DNA of 46,984 nt from Pseudomonadota bacterium. Lineage in GTDB: Bacteria; Bdellovibrionota; FAC87; UBA2466. The notes below the pieces were generated by a model. The model was not told where the DNA came from, did no database searches, and saw nothing but the letters and a program-made list of their open reading frames with translations. Location: positions 1-46,984 of the forward strand of contig JAYUGC010000187.1 of assembly GCA_043767805.1 (NCBI GenBank), in the 5' to 3' direction. Shown here piece by piece: positions 1-9,990 of this stretch (within the stretch, counting starts at the first letter, position 1; every line of letters begins with the position of its first letter). The position numbers were made by a program, and so were the translations under genes.

Positions 1-1535
1 AGCAGCCGCTCGTCGTCCGTCATGCGGCTCGCGAAGGGAAGGTCGTCCAGAATGCGGAAATAAGACGCGGGATCGGTGGCGTCCTTGGTGAAACCTTTAC
101 CCCGAATCCACGCTTCTCCGGCCACTACCGTCGGTATGCCGCGCGCGGTGACTTCCATTCCGGTCTTCGTGTTGTAAATCAAAACGCCGTTGGCTGCGTC
201 GCAGAGAGCGTAAGTGCTCGCTTCGTTTTCCGGCGTGATGAGAAAAACGTTCGGCGGCAGCTCCGGGAAGGCGGCGCGAATCTCCGCTTCGAGAGGCTGG
301 CGCGAGGGAACGAAACCGCGGATTTCCGCCGGATGAATGCGAATCGCAAGCTGCAGCTCCGGCCGTTTGGCGAAGTAACGAATGGTCTCGAAAACCCATT
401 CCACCATGCCGGGAAAAGCGTTCGAGCCGTAGTGAAGCTGAGCATCCCACACGACGTTAGAAAGCAGAACAACCAGCGGTTTCTCGAGACTGAAGCCAAC
501 GTCTTTGGCTATTGTTTCGATCTCGAACTGCGGCTCGTTGTGAAACCAGATCCAGTCCTCAGTGCCGTACCAGCGGCTTTTCAGATAGGCATCGAGCTCC
601 TGCTCGAGCTCAGGCGACCAGGCCCGGTTGCGCCACGTCTCCGTCGGCTCCGACACCATGGTGTGGTGGTAGGTCTCGTCGTGGGAAAAAATAAAGCAGT
701 GCTTCCGGTAAGCCGGGTTCCACGTTACGACGCGAACACCGCGTTTTTTGCACACGGCGACCACTTGCCCCTGAGGAACGTAGATGCCGTGATGCGCGAC
801 GACGACGTCGTAGCCGTTCTTCTCGATGAGGCGGTCCATGCCTTCGGCTGCAAGCCAGGCCGCTTCGAGGTAACGCCGTAGCACGGGCTCGGCCGCTTCC
901 TGTCCGTCCAGATTTCCGCGGGCGTAAAAGCGGAGCGCTCCCGCATAAGCGTGCTCGCCGAGTGCCAAGCCGTCTTTTTCAAAAGTGGGAATGGCTTCGA
1001 AAGGAAGTGCTGCCACCTGGGCTATGATTTCATTGCGGACACTTTCAGAGACGTAATCGCTCAGCTTCAGCACCGGAAGGCCGGTCGCGCGAAAACCCTC
1101 CGAGCCCTTCTCGAAGCAGGACGGGCAGCGCGGGTGCTTGCCACCTTTGGAAAAAGTGTCGAGGGGAGTGCCGCCGAGCTTAATGCTCTGGCAGGCCGGC
1201 AAAAACTGGTCGCAAAGCAGGAGATCCGCCTTGGCTCCGCGCTCGCGCAGGGACATGCCGAGGATTCCGTCCATGACGATGCCGTGGTTGAACGCGCCCA
1301 GGTGGGTCGCAAACAGGACCCGAGGCTGCTTTTTCCACGTGAATCGGGGCTTGAACTGGTCGGCCAGGGCTTTGAGCTGGTGCGCGGAAACGTGAGCGCT
1401 CGCGGGGAGGGGCCCCTTGAGTTTGAGCTGCCCCGCCGTGGGAATCCACTCCCCGAAACGGGCTTTAATGCCGCTGCGGGCCGAAGCCGGCAGCTGCCGC
1501 CACAGCCATTTAGCGAGCTTTCGCATCCTACTCAT
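1..1535 (-). CDS. Capsular polysaccharide biosynthesis/export protein (KpsS/KpsC-like), 3' end truncated by window edge
   Basis: Not in ORF track (no stop in window). Manual translation from ATG 1535 (or 1526): MSRMRKLAKWLW...LLCDQFLPACQ...HPRCPSCF...HHGIYVPQG...NVVWDAQLH...LAIRIHPAE...TKTGMEVTARGIPTVVAGEAW. The RIHPAE and 'T.G.E....G.P' motifs fit the capsule-synthesis GT-B family. Confidence 0.75.
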   Translation of the reverse strand, partial: MSRMRKLAKWLWRQLPASARSGIKARFGEWIPTAGQLKLKGPLPASAHVSAHQLKALADQFKPRFTWKKQPRVLFATHLGAFNHGIVMDGILGMSLRERGAKADLLLCDQFLPACQSIKLGGTPLDTFSKGGKHPRCPSCFEKGSEGFRATGLPVLKLSDYVSESVRNEIIAQVAALPFEAIPTFEKDGLALGEHAYAGALRFYARGNLDGQEAAEPVLRRYLEAAWLAAEGMDRLIEKNGYDVVVAHHGIYVPQGQVVAVCKKRGVRVVTWNPAYRKHCFIFSHDETYHHTMVSEPTETWRNRAWSPELEQELDAYLKSRWYGTEDWIWFHNEPQFEIETIAKDVGFSLEKPLVVLLSNVVWDAQLHYGSNAFPGMVEWVFETIRYFAKRPELQLAIRIHPAEIRGFVPSRQPLEAEIRAAFPELPPNVFLITPENEASTYALCDAANGVLIYNTKTGMEVTARGIPTVVAGEAWIRGKGFTKDATDPASYFRILDDLPFASRMTDDERL

Positions 1536-1595
1536 AGTAATAGAGGGAGAGACTCGCACAGCCCCGGAGTGTCGGCAAGTCGCCCTTAGCCCGCC

Positions 1596-2204
1596 TTGAC
1601 GGAGTATACCCAGTTCGAGCATTTTCCCGGGTACGCCCAGGAGTTAAAAGAATTGAAGTCGTTCCCTCATTTCAAGAACCGGATCAAGGTATACCTGAGC
1701 AACCATTTCATATCGCGGGTGTTCTTCAGTTGGGTTCGCCTGAAATGGTACCGGCGGTTCATGGGCTTCAAGATTGGACCGGCTTCCTCGATTCTCACCG
1801 ATTTTAAAGTCTCGACGACCGGCAATCTGACCGTGGGGCCCAATACCGTCATCAACAACTCCTGCCGTTTCGATAACCGCTTTCCGATTCAAATCGGCAG
1901 TAACGTTTCCATCACCTACGGCACCCATATTTTCACCAAAGGCCACGACATCGACGACCCCAAGTTCAAGACGAACGGGGGCGGAGTGGTCATCGAGGAT
2001 TACGTCTGGATCTGCGCGAACGCGATTATCCTTCCGGGAGTGCGGCTCTCGAAGGGTTGCGTGGTTTTGCCCGGCGCGGTGGTTCACAAAGACGTGGCCG
2101 AGTATCAGGTCGTGGGTGGCAATCCCGCGGCCGTAGTCAAAGAGCGTAGCCGGAATCTCGATTACCGGCTCAACTGGAACCCTTGGGTTCCGTTTTTTGG
2201 GTAG
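1596..2204 (+). CDS. Hexapeptide-repeat (LbH) O-acyltransferase, WcaF/maltose acetyltransferase-like
   Basis: VVIEDYVWICANAIILPGV...VVGGNPA motifs; TTG start is uncertain. Confidence 0.85.
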   Translation: MTEYTQFEHFPGYAQELKELKSFPHFKNRIKVYLSNHFISRVFFSWVRLKWYRRFMGFKIGPASSILTDFKVSTTGNLTVGPNTVINNSCRFDNRFPIQIGSNVSITYGTHIFTKGHDIDDPKFKTNGGGVVIEDYVWICANAIILPGVRLSKGCVVLPGAVVHKDVAEYQVVGGNPAAVVKERSRNLDYRLNWNPWVPFFG

Positions 2205-2212
2205 GGAACCGC

Positions 2213-3337
2213 GTGAAGGTGCTCCACATCGTACCGGCTCAGGCAGCGCTTCCGAGCTTTCGCTATTTGGGGAGCACCAAGGATTTCCTGAACCGATGGG
2301 ATTATTTTCAGGATCGCGGCATCGACTACGAGGTGCTCTTTCACGCCAAGTCCGGGGCGCTCGCCATCGAGGGAACGCGCCAGTGGCCGCTCGAGGAGTT
2401 CACTCACGTCGTCATCGAGAAGGCCATCTATCCCGCTTTCGTGCGCCACCTCCGTTCGCGCTGGCCTCATCTCAAATTGATTTATCGCTCGCAGAATGCG
2501 GAAGTTCCTCATCGCATGGACTACGTCAAATCGGCGTGGCGGGCGAACCGGAACGTGAGACAGGTCATGCAGACGGGCCTGATCTACATTCACCGCGAGT
2601 GGTCCACGCTTTCCAAGCTCGACGAGGTTTGGTCCATCTCGCCCGCGGAAATGGGCTGGTACTGGCGGATGATGGGCCTCACCGGACAGGCGCGGCTCGT
2701 GCCGTTTTTTCTGCCCCGGACTTATCTGAAAGAAATTCCGCCCCCCGCGCCCGCGTGCAAGATTTGCCTCTGCATGACTTCCTCCCACGCGGGCCCCGTC
2801 GCGCGGGAAGCGATACGCGGTTTTTTCGAGTGGGTGGAGGCCGAACGGGAAACGCTCGGCGAATGGAAGTTCATCGTCACGGCGAAGCCGGAGGCGAGGG
2901 ACCTCCCTATTCCCGATTCTCTTAAAGGCCTCGTGGAGTACGAGTATTACAAGACGCCTTACGAAGGACTCGCCCAAGCGCGAGTCGTGGCCATGCTTTC
3001 GGAAGCCGGGCGAGGTTTCAAAACGAAGCTTCTGGAGGCCGTGCTGTGCGGGGCTTCCCTCGTGACGCCGAAAGAACTTTACGATCGTCTCCCCGAATCG
3101 ATCCAGGCCTACACGAAAGTAGTGAGTCAATCCAAGAAGGGCTCGCTCGTCGAGGTGCTCGAAACGCTTTGGACGGAAGCTCGGCCGACCGAAGGCGTGA
3201 ACCAAGCCTTGAGGCGGCAGGCTTACGAGGCGATGGATCTCACGTTCGGCTTGGCGACCGCTCCTCAGAAAAGCGGCTTTCTCGCCGGAGCTTTCCGAAG
3301 AGTCATGAAGCCCCGAGAAAGGGCGGCCGGAACATGA
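2213..3337 (+). CDS. Putative glycosyltransferase (GT-B, GT4-like)
   Basis: GTG start; N-terminal KVLHIVP; C-terminal GRGFKTKLLEA resembles the GT4 nucleotide-binding motif; operon context. Confidence 0.6.
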   Translation: MKVLHIVPAQAALPSFRYLGSTKDFLNRWDYFQDRGIDYEVLFHAKSGALAIEGTRQWPLEEFTHVVIEKAIYPAFVRHLRSRWPHLKLIYRSQNAEVPHRMDYVKSAWRANRNVRQVMQTGLIYIHREWSTLSKLDEVWSISPAEMGWYWRMMGLTGQARLVPFFLPRTYLKEIPPPAPACKICLCMTSSHAGPVAREAIRGFFEWVEAERETLGEWKFIVTAKPEARDLPIPDSLKGLVEYEYYKTPYEGLAQARVVAMLSEAGRGFKTKLLEAVLCGASLVTPKELYDRLPESIQAYTKVVSQSKKGSLVEVLETLWTEARPTEGVNQALRRQAYEAMDLTFGLATAPQKSGFLAGAFRRVMKPRERAAGT

Positions 3338-4482
3338 AGCCTCAGCTGACGATTTGTACGGTCGTGACTCCTCTGCACCGGGAGCTTCTCCGCGTTAACG
3401 TGGAGCTCACCCGAAAGTTGAATCCGCATGTCGACGTGCGCTGGAGAGTCGTGGACTACCCGTGGATCCACACGCGCAAGAAGGCCCGGCATAAAGCAAA
3501 GGAGGCCCCCGCTTCCTCCAGCGAAAGCTGGGGCGACAACGTCGAGCTGGTACCGGCTCCCTCTCGTGAAGCGGTGGAGCGCTACCTCGCGGAGCAGGTT
3601 CCCGATGCCGCCGATGAGGTGAGTCGCAATAACGTGCTCGACAAATACTCGGGAAGTTACGCCCATGGGCTCGCGCTTCAGGCGTGCCTTCAGAATCTCA
3701 AGACCCGTTACGTCCTCGTGCTCGACCCGGATTTTTATCTCGTCCGGCAGGATTGGGTATCGATCATTCTGGGCCACATGGCTCGCAACGAGCTGGGATT
3801 TTTCGGCGCTCCCTGGCATCCTCGGTGGTTTCAGAAGTACCGGGACTTTCCTTGCGTGCACTGTCTTTTCGTCGACAGAGAACGAGCCGAGCTGTCCCCG
3901 GACGATTTTCTTCCCGATCTGATCAATACGAAGGTCAGCTCTTCGGAGTTCTGGCTTCGGGCCATGGAGAAATACCGGATCTGGGGACGCAAGAAGAAGC
4001 TCGAGTTCCTGAAGACGAACGCCAAGCTTGCGATCCGCGAAGACATCATTCAGCGCGCTACGATCGGGCGCGCGCGAGACACCGGCTGGAAAGTGAAGGA
4101 AAAGTTTGGAGGTACCGTTCGCCACGAGTGTCTGCTGCCAAGCTACGTGCCCGTGCAGGATGTCTTTCGCCCTCGCAGCGTGTCCGGGCTTCAGAAGAAA
4201 CGCTCGCTCGAAAGGCTCTTTCCGCCGGAGCGCCGATACCGCGCTCCCCGAGAAAGCTACACGTCTCTCCAGTTCAGGCATTTTTCCGTTCCGGATTTGC
4301 GCGCAAAAGACTGGGAAGAGTTCTTCTGGCGAGGGCTGCCCTTCGGTTTCCACGTGCGGGGCGAGAGCCAGAGAGAAAAGACGGGAAGCATTTACGATCC
4401 GGAGCTTCCCGAGATTCTCGCGCGGTTCCATGAGCTACTTCCGCCCATCGGAGTCGGCGGCGCGGCGGGGACCGATAAATGA
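3334..4482 (+). CDS. Putative glycosyltransferase (GT-A, GT2-like)
   Basis: ATG overlaps the upstream stop (ATGA); LTICTV start, HGLAL, and YVLVLDPDFY (DxD motif). Confidence 0.6.
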   Translation: MKPQLTICTVVTPLHRELLRVNVELTRKLNPHVDVRWRVVDYPWIHTRKKARHKAKEAPASSSESWGDNVELVPAPSREAVERYLAEQVPDAADEVSRNNVLDKYSGSYAHGLALQACLQNLKTRYVLVLDPDFYLVRQDWVSIILGHMARNELGFFGAPWHPRWFQKYRDFPCVHCLFVDRERAELSPDDFLPDLINTKVSSSEFWLRAMEKYRIWGRKKKLEFLKTNAKLAIREDIIQRATIGRARDTGWKVKEKFGGTVRHECLLPSYVPVQDVFRPRSVSGLQKKRSLERLFPPERRYRAPRESYTSLQFRHFSVPDLRAKDWEEFFWRGLPFGFHVRGESQREKTGSIYDPELPEILARFHELLPPIGVGGAAGTDK

Positions 4483-5297
4483 GTGAGACGCTCACGATGG
4501 ATTCCGCGGAGCCTGTCTGGAAGGGGACACGGTGGCCCAACTATCTGGCGCAAGGCTGGTTTCTCTTCTACCGCGACTTCCAGTGGGTCTATTCCCTCAC
4601 TTATTTTGGTTACATCTGGTCGATCATCCGCCCGCTCGCGGCGGCGCTGCCTTTGATCTTCATCGGAAACGAGTTTCAGCTCGGCTCGGGAAAAGGGGAC
4701 GTTCCTTACTTTCTTTACGCGTTTACCGGGTTCGTACTTTGGAGCGTGTTCTGGGATAGTCTGACCCAGCCGAGCAACATGCTTTACCGGAGCCGTACGG
4801 TCTTACGCCGGATGCCTCTCGACGGGCGGGCCATCCTCGTCGCCTCTCTCTTCAACGTGCTTTATCATTTGGCCGTGAACTCCATCGTGGCGCTGGGAGC
4901 GGTCCTCGTACTGGGTGTACCGCTCTCTTGGAATATTCTGCTCCTGATTTTTACCGTCCCGCTCCTGGCTCTCGGCGGGTTGGCCATAGGCCTGCCGTTC
5001 GCCAGTGTTGGCATCATCTATCAAGACATTCGCTACGGAATCGGATTTCTGGGAACGATCCTTCTGTGGTCCGCGCCCATCCTTCACGAAATTCCGCCGC
5101 AAGGAAAACTTCACGTCATCAATACCTGGAATCCGCTGACCTATCTGATCGATTTGCCCAGAAGCCTGATCTTCGGGCTTCCCTACGAACAGCTCGGACC
5201 TTTCGCGGCGGCGGCGGCGATCGTGCTGGTGGCCTTCTTCCTCGGCTACCGCTTCTATCTCAAGAAACTACCGATAGGATTCGACTATGTCGTCTGA
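4479..5297 (+). CDS. wzm: ABC-2 polysaccharide export permease (Wzm/KpsM-like)
   Basis: About 6 TM segments; GYIWSIIRPL, YQDI and WNPLTYLI motifs. Confidence 0.85.
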   Translation: MSETLTMDSAEPVWKGTRWPNYLAQGWFLFYRDFQWVYSLTYFGYIWSIIRPLAAALPLIFIGNEFQLGSGKGDVPYFLYAFTGFVLWSVFWDSLTQPSNMLYRSRTVLRRMPLDGRAILVASLFNVLYHLAVNSIVALGAVLVLGVPLSWNILLLIFTVPLLALGGLAIGLPFASVGIIYQDIRYGIGFLGTILLWSAPILHEIPPQGKLHVINTWNPLTYLIDLPRSLIFGLPYEQLGPFAAAAAIVLVAFFLGYRFYLKKLPIGFDYVV

Positions 5298-6612
5298 GCC
5301 TTGCATCGAGTTTCGAGGAGTAAGCAAGATTTTCAGCACCGATATCGATCGGGCTCGCAAAAATACGCTGATTAGAATCCTGTTCTCGCCCTTTCTGGCG
5401 AAGGACCGGCTTTTGTCCGGGGAAGTCTATTTATTCCGCGATCTCACCTTTAACCTCGCGAGGGGTGAGCGGATTGCTGTGCTGATGGCGCCAGGAACCG
5501 GCAAGACCACCTTGCTCAATATGTTGCTGGGGCTTTCTCCTCCGACCTGCGGAAACATCACCGCGCGGGGCCGCGTGCGTCTCATTCAAGGCAGGAGCGC
5601 CGCCGAGCGCCCTCTGATGTACTTGCGGAACTACATCCGTACTTTGGCTTCCCTTTGTGGCGCGGACTGGAAGCAGCTCGATACGCTCGCGGACGAGGTT
5701 TTACAGGAAACGGGAACGGAAAGTTCCGCCGAAACTCGGATTAAGAACGTCGACCCTCAGGATTTCAAGCGCGTAACGGTAAGGACATTCTGGAAAGTCC
5801 CCGGAGAAGTCTTTCTCTTTGACGATCTCGACTATCGGCTGGAGCCCATCTCCGAAGAGGTGCTCAAAGGAAAAGCCCTCGTTTACACGACCTCGAGTGT
5901 GAATCGCATTCCTGCCGAGATAGAACGGTGCCTGGTTTTTCACGCCGGGACCATCGTTTTCGACGGTCCCACGGCCAAGGCAAAGTCGGTCTTCGCAAAG
6001 CTTCCGGCGGAAGCGCCTCCGGTTTTCGATCTCGAGGCGCTCAAGGCGCAGGTTCAGGAATGGGAACGCCTGGAGCTCGACTCTGTCATGGATCCTGGCG
6101 GGATGGGGTCGCCCCTTCCGAAGGCAGTCGAGCCCGTTCGCAAGGGAACGGGGGTGGTTCGTGTTCAGGAGGTCCGCTTCAGGGACGCTAAGGAAAATTT
6201 CTGTTCCAGCGTTCCGCTCGGCGCGAGCTTCGAGATTGTCGTGGGCTACAAGTATGAGGGCATCGATCCCGAGGGTGCGCGGCTCACGCAGGTTACCGTC
6301 GTTTTGGAAGACGAGACGGGGCGGCGCGTGGCGGGTTTCCCGTCGGAAGTGCTTGGTTTCGAACCTGGGTCCATCCGTCTCGAGGGAGAGCTTTCGTGCC
6401 GGATTGGCTCGTTGCCGGTCTTGCCCGGAAAGTATCTCGTTACGGTTTCCCTGAGTGTGGACGGGGAGCTCGCCGACAAATCGGTGAATCAATTTTCGTT
6501 CGAAGTGGAGCCCGGCGATCCCTATGGAACCGGTAAGATGCCGATCCCCTTTCTCGGCCCCGTCTGGCTTCCTTACTCTTGGAGCGAGAGTGATACCGAT
6601 ACTTCGGTCTGA
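5287..6612 (+). CDS. wzt: Wzt-like ABC subunit with C-terminal Wzt_C carbohydrate-binding domain; ATPase motifs degenerate
   Basis: PGTGKTT P-loop, GTIVFDG, C-terminal Ig-like region with LPVLPGKYLVTV; directly follows wzm. Confidence 0.75.
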   Translation: MSSEPCIEFRGVSKIFSTDIDRARKNTLIRILFSPFLAKDRLLSGEVYLFRDLTFNLARGERIAVLMAPGTGKTTLLNMLLGLSPPTCGNITARGRVRLIQGRSAAERPLMYLRNYIRTLASLCGADWKQLDTLADEVLQETGTESSAETRIKNVDPQDFKRVTVRTFWKVPGEVFLFDDLDYRLEPISEEVLKGKALVYTTSSVNRIPAEIERCLVFHAGTIVFDGPTAKAKSVFAKLPAEAPPVFDLEALKAQVQEWERLELDSVMDPGGMGSPLPKAVEPVRKGTGVVRVQEVRFRDAKENFCSSVPLGASFEIVVGYKYEGIDPEGARLTQVTVVLEDETGRRVAGFPSEVLGFEPGSIRLEGELSCRIGSLPVLPGKYLVTVSLSVDGELADKSVNQFSFEVEPGDPYGTGKMPIPFLGPVWLPYSWSESDTDTSV

Positions 6613-6618
6613 AGCTGG

Positions 6619-8394
6619 GTGATCGCAATGTTCCCCTTTTCTTCCGCGAAAAACTTTCTTAGCAGGACCTTCGAGGCAAGAGAGGGAAAGACAATCCTCC
6701 TATGGGGAGCGGCTCTGCTGCTCGTCCTTCCTCGCGCGCTCATGCTGGTGGCTTATCCGTTCGCTTTCGGGCATCCGGACTCCATCAAGTATTTAGGGCC
6801 CGCTGTCGCTCTCCTTGAAGGCCGAGGTTTGGTTCCCCATCCCGTTAGCGTAAGCGGAACGTACCTGGCTTTTCTGACGCCTATCCTCGCGGCGACCGGA
6901 TCTTCGTTTTGGGTAATTTGCGCGCAACACGCAGTCGGGATAGCGGGCGCAGTGGCCGCAGGAGTGTTGCTTTATCGGATGACGGCAACGTTGCTTCCGG
7001 CCTGGGTCGCGATGATAGCGGTGGGGCTTCTTCCTTCGACGCTGATCTACGAGCATATGCTACTGCCCGATACGCTTTACGCTTGTCTCTGGATATTTTG
7101 GCTACTCGCGGCTTCGTATTTCCTGAAGTCTCGATCGCTCGCCGTGGCGGCAGCTCTCGGTTTCATTTCAGCCGCTTGTCTCATGGCCCGTGGACAGGGA
7201 CTGCTCGCGCCTCTCTTGAGCGTCGGCCTTCTCGCTCTAGTGGCGTGGCGGCGAGAGCTGACTCCCCGACGACTGGCCTTGGCCCTGAGCCTTCTCCTGA
7301 TACCCAGCGCGTTGGCCGCGGGCGTTTATCGTCGAAGTAATATTCGCCACAACCAGCTGTCAGCGCTTTCCATTTCCGGAAGCTTCAATCTCTTTTGGGT
7401 AGCGACTGGAAACCTGCTGGCCTTTGACTCGGCCAGGTTTACGGAAATAAAAAAAATGGTGGAGCCCGCTGCGCGCGACGCCAATGGCAGATTTCACGGC
7501 AATGCCAGCTGGGGCCTCAGCGGCGAGAGCTGGGAAAAGGCTATCCGAGACGTCGAGACTCATTTCAACGGCAACTGGGGAGAGCTCGATCGCACGCTGA
7601 CTTCGGCCGGGGTTGAGGCCATCCTCTCTCACCCGATAGCGTTCACCTACCGCGTGCTTTGGAACTCCATGGATGCGCTTTCGGGAAGGCCTGGGCCTTG
7701 CCGTATGAAGGATCTCTCCGAATTGCTTCTTCGGTGTGAGGAGAAAAAAGGAGGGATTGATTACGCCAAGGCGGTGGCGTCTCAGCGCTGGAATTTTCTC
7801 GAATTTCACGATTCCGATGGTCCCTTGCGCGCCCACGGCCGGCACCCTTGGGCCGAATCGCTCCTCGGTGCCAGTTTGGGAGTCTTGTTCACCTTCTCCA
7901 ATCAGCGACTTTTAACCCTAGGCGTACTTTTCTTCCTCTATTGTCTCTTAGTGCGTTGGCCCGTTGGGACGGACGAGGAATATTTGCTTTTGATTTTCTT
8001 CGTCGGACATTTCTTGCTCACTTTCCCGTTGGTTAATGCCCTATGGGATCGCTATTACTTGGCTCTCACTCCGATTGAAGTGCTCGTGACGATAACGGCT
8101 ATCCGGCGTCTCTCGCTCAATTCGAGGCAAGCACGCTACCGCACTTTGCTCGGTTTTGCGGCCGTGCTGAGCGCTTCTCTCGCGGGACTTGGTCTTGCGT
8201 CCCTCGTTTCTCCGCTCACTCTGACGTGGGACACGCCGATCCTCGGTATGGCACCCGGACCCGTCGCGGCCATGCATACCTATGTGTTTCGCTTTGTCGG
8301 CGCGCTCGTCGGAGCGGTCGTTGGAGTGATGGTACTTCGCCGAGTTAGGTGGGGAGCCCTGGTTTTTCCTGCGGCTTCGTCCGCGCGGTCATGA
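6619..8394 (+). CDS. Polytopic membrane protein, GT-C (ArnT/PMT-like) glycosyltransferase candidate
   Basis: Many TM helices; HPDSIKY after TM1; YEHMLLPDTL; late DRYY motif. Confidence 0.6.
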   Translation: MIAMFPFSSAKNFLSRTFEAREGKTILLWGAALLLVLPRALMLVAYPFAFGHPDSIKYLGPAVALLEGRGLVPHPVSVSGTYLAFLTPILAATGSSFWVICAQHAVGIAGAVAAGVLLYRMTATLLPAWVAMIAVGLLPSTLIYEHMLLPDTLYACLWIFWLLAASYFLKSRSLAVAAALGFISAACLMARGQGLLAPLLSVGLLALVAWRRELTPRRLALALSLLLIPSALAAGVYRRSNIRHNQLSALSISGSFNLFWVATGNLLAFDSARFTEIKKMVEPAARDANGRFHGNASWGLSGESWEKAIRDVETHFNGNWGELDRTLTSAGVEAILSHPIAFTYRVLWNSMDALSGRPGPCRMKDLSELLLRCEEKKGGIDYAKAVASQRWNFLEFHDSDGPLRAHGRHPWAESLLGASLGVLFTFSNQRLLTLGVLFFLYCLLVRWPVGTDEEYLLLIFFVGHFLLTFPLVNALWDRYYLALTPIEVLVTITAIRRLSLNSRQARYRTLLGFAAVLSASLAGLGLASLVSPLTLTWDTPILGMAPGPVAAMHTYVFRFVGALVGAVVGVMVLRRVRWGALVFPAASSARS

Positions 8395-9982
8395 ACTTTG
8401 CCCAAAGAAGGCTCCCCAGATGGTGAACGGACCATACAAGGACGAGGCAAAGAAGCGGCTGACAGCCGACTAGATCTTTTTCGCGGAAACGAAAGAGCAG
8501 AGCCGAGAAAGAAAAAAAGGCAAAGAGTACCGCAAGACTCGTGAGAAAGACTCCTTCCCCCTGCGCGAGGGGCCGCGAGCGAAAACGTTTCCCAGCGAGC
8601 GAAGCTGCCGCAGCGGCTATCAGGCCCCAAAAGAGAGGCCAAGGAAGCAGCTGGGGCCAGGCGAAGAATGACGCGAAAAGCACCCCGGGTAACCAAACCC
8701 AGCGATTGCCGTAGTAGCGCCCACAGGTGAGTTTTGGGACGGAAACCACGTCGCCCTCGCGACGAGAGTCCTGAAGGGCAATCGTCTGACAGTCCGATGT
8801 CTTTGCTAAGCTAGGAAAGAGGGGCGAGGGCGATTCCGGAAGCGGAACGCGAGGATGATAAGCCGATCGAAAATCGACCGCTTCCCAGAACGTCTGTCCG
8901 ACATGGGCCGCATATTTCCTGGGATTATGCTTTAGCCCTTCCCAGAAAACCCGCCTCAGGAGGCGATCTCCTGCTTCGAGTCCCAGATAATAATAGATCC
9001 GCTGAAATCGCTTATAGGTCGCCTCGGGTTTTGGCACCTCACGATACCGCCGTATCAAAGAGGCGTGATCGTCGTCGGCCAAAATCGGAGCCACGCTTTG
9101 CTGGTAGGGCTCGCGGATACTCTTCGGAACCGCTTCGAGAGATCGGAAAGTAGGAGAGCAGCAATCCTGCTCGGCGGGCAGGAGGTTTGTGGCGAGCAGG
9201 TATTGCGCGGTGGCGGGCCCGTCCTCGACGGCGGGATAAATTTCCGCCCTTTGCAGCTTCAGCATGTGAATCCAGCCATGCTCCAGATTCAAGCTGTAGC
9301 TGCCGGTTGTCGGCTGGTGAAACGAAAAGATATAGGCAACTATGACCAAGCCAGCGGTTGCGAGCGAAGCGGCCACTGCCGCTCCTTTTTTTGCCGGGCT
9401 CAAACCGTGATCCCAGGCCACAAGGCCCAGCAACAACCAAGCGGCGACGAAGTTGTACTTGATGAGATAACCCAGGCCGAGAAGAACTCCCACAAAACCA
9501 TACCAAGCGAATTTTCGCCGTGTCGTTTCCTGGCCCATCGCGAAAATCAGGGCCGAAAGAGTGAACATTACCCAAGCTTGAACGAGAAAATCCGGCATCG
9601 AGAGGTTGGCCTCGGTCGTCGAAAGAAAATCGGTACCGATGAGAAAGGCCGCGATCCAGGCGGGCCAAACGGGCCAGATTTTTGCGAGCGACCGAAAGAA
9701 AAACAAGACCGAGGCAAGGACGACCACTAGTTGAACCAACCTTAACGTGTGGGGCCGGCCCGAGTGCAGAAAATCGGCGAGCGGCGACGTCCAGTGAAAG
9801 AGGAAGGGATAGCCGGTTGCGTGGAGTAAGTTCGAGCGAAAGGGCTCGAGCATATCGAGGTAATAGTGCAATCCGTCGCCTTGCATGACGAAAGGCGATG
9901 AAAAAAGATAAAGCGCCCTCACCGCCAGAACGGCGAGGCCCAGCTTCCAAGTGAGACTTTTGATTCGAGCTGAATCCTTCAT
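8345..9982 (-). CDS. Polytopic membrane protein, GT-C-like glycosyltransferase candidate
   Basis: Likely start ATG 9982 (MKDSARIK); QGDGLHYY after TM1, GYPFLF, MPDFL, large soluble loop. Confidence 0.6.
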   Translation of the reverse strand: MKDSARIKSLTWKLGLAVLAVRALYLFSSPFVMQGDGLHYYLDMLEPFRSNLLHATGYPFLFHWTSPLADFLHSGRPHTLRLVQLVVVLASVLFFFRSLAKIWPVWPAWIAAFLIGTDFLSTTEANLSMPDFLVQAWVMFTLSALIFAMGQETTRRKFAWYGFVGVLLGLGYLIKYNFVAAWLLLGLVAWDHGLSPAKKGAAVAASLATAGLVIVAYIFSFHQPTTGSYSLNLEHGWIHMLKLQRAEIYPAVEDGPATAQYLLATNLLPAEQDCCSPTFRSLEAVPKSIREPYQQSVAPILADDDHASLIRRYREVPKPEATYKRFQRIYYYLGLEAGDRLLRRVFWEGLKHNPRKYAAHVGQTFWEAVDFRSAYHPRVPLPESPSPLFPSLAKTSDCQTIALQDSRREGDVVSVPKLTCGRYYGNRWVWLPGVLFASFFAWPQLLPWPLFWGLIAAAAASLAGKRFRSRPLAQGEGVFLTSLAVLFAFFSFSALLFRFREKDLVGCQPLLCLVLVWSVHHLGSLLWAKFMTARTKPQEKPGLPT

Positions 9983-9990
9983 GGCGAAGC

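Noticed and set aside
97..1589. ORF-track frames such as 333-881(+), 951-1589(+) and 97-450(-)
   Set aside because: They are shadows of the long minus-strand capsule gene (1-1535), which the track missed because it has no stop in the window.
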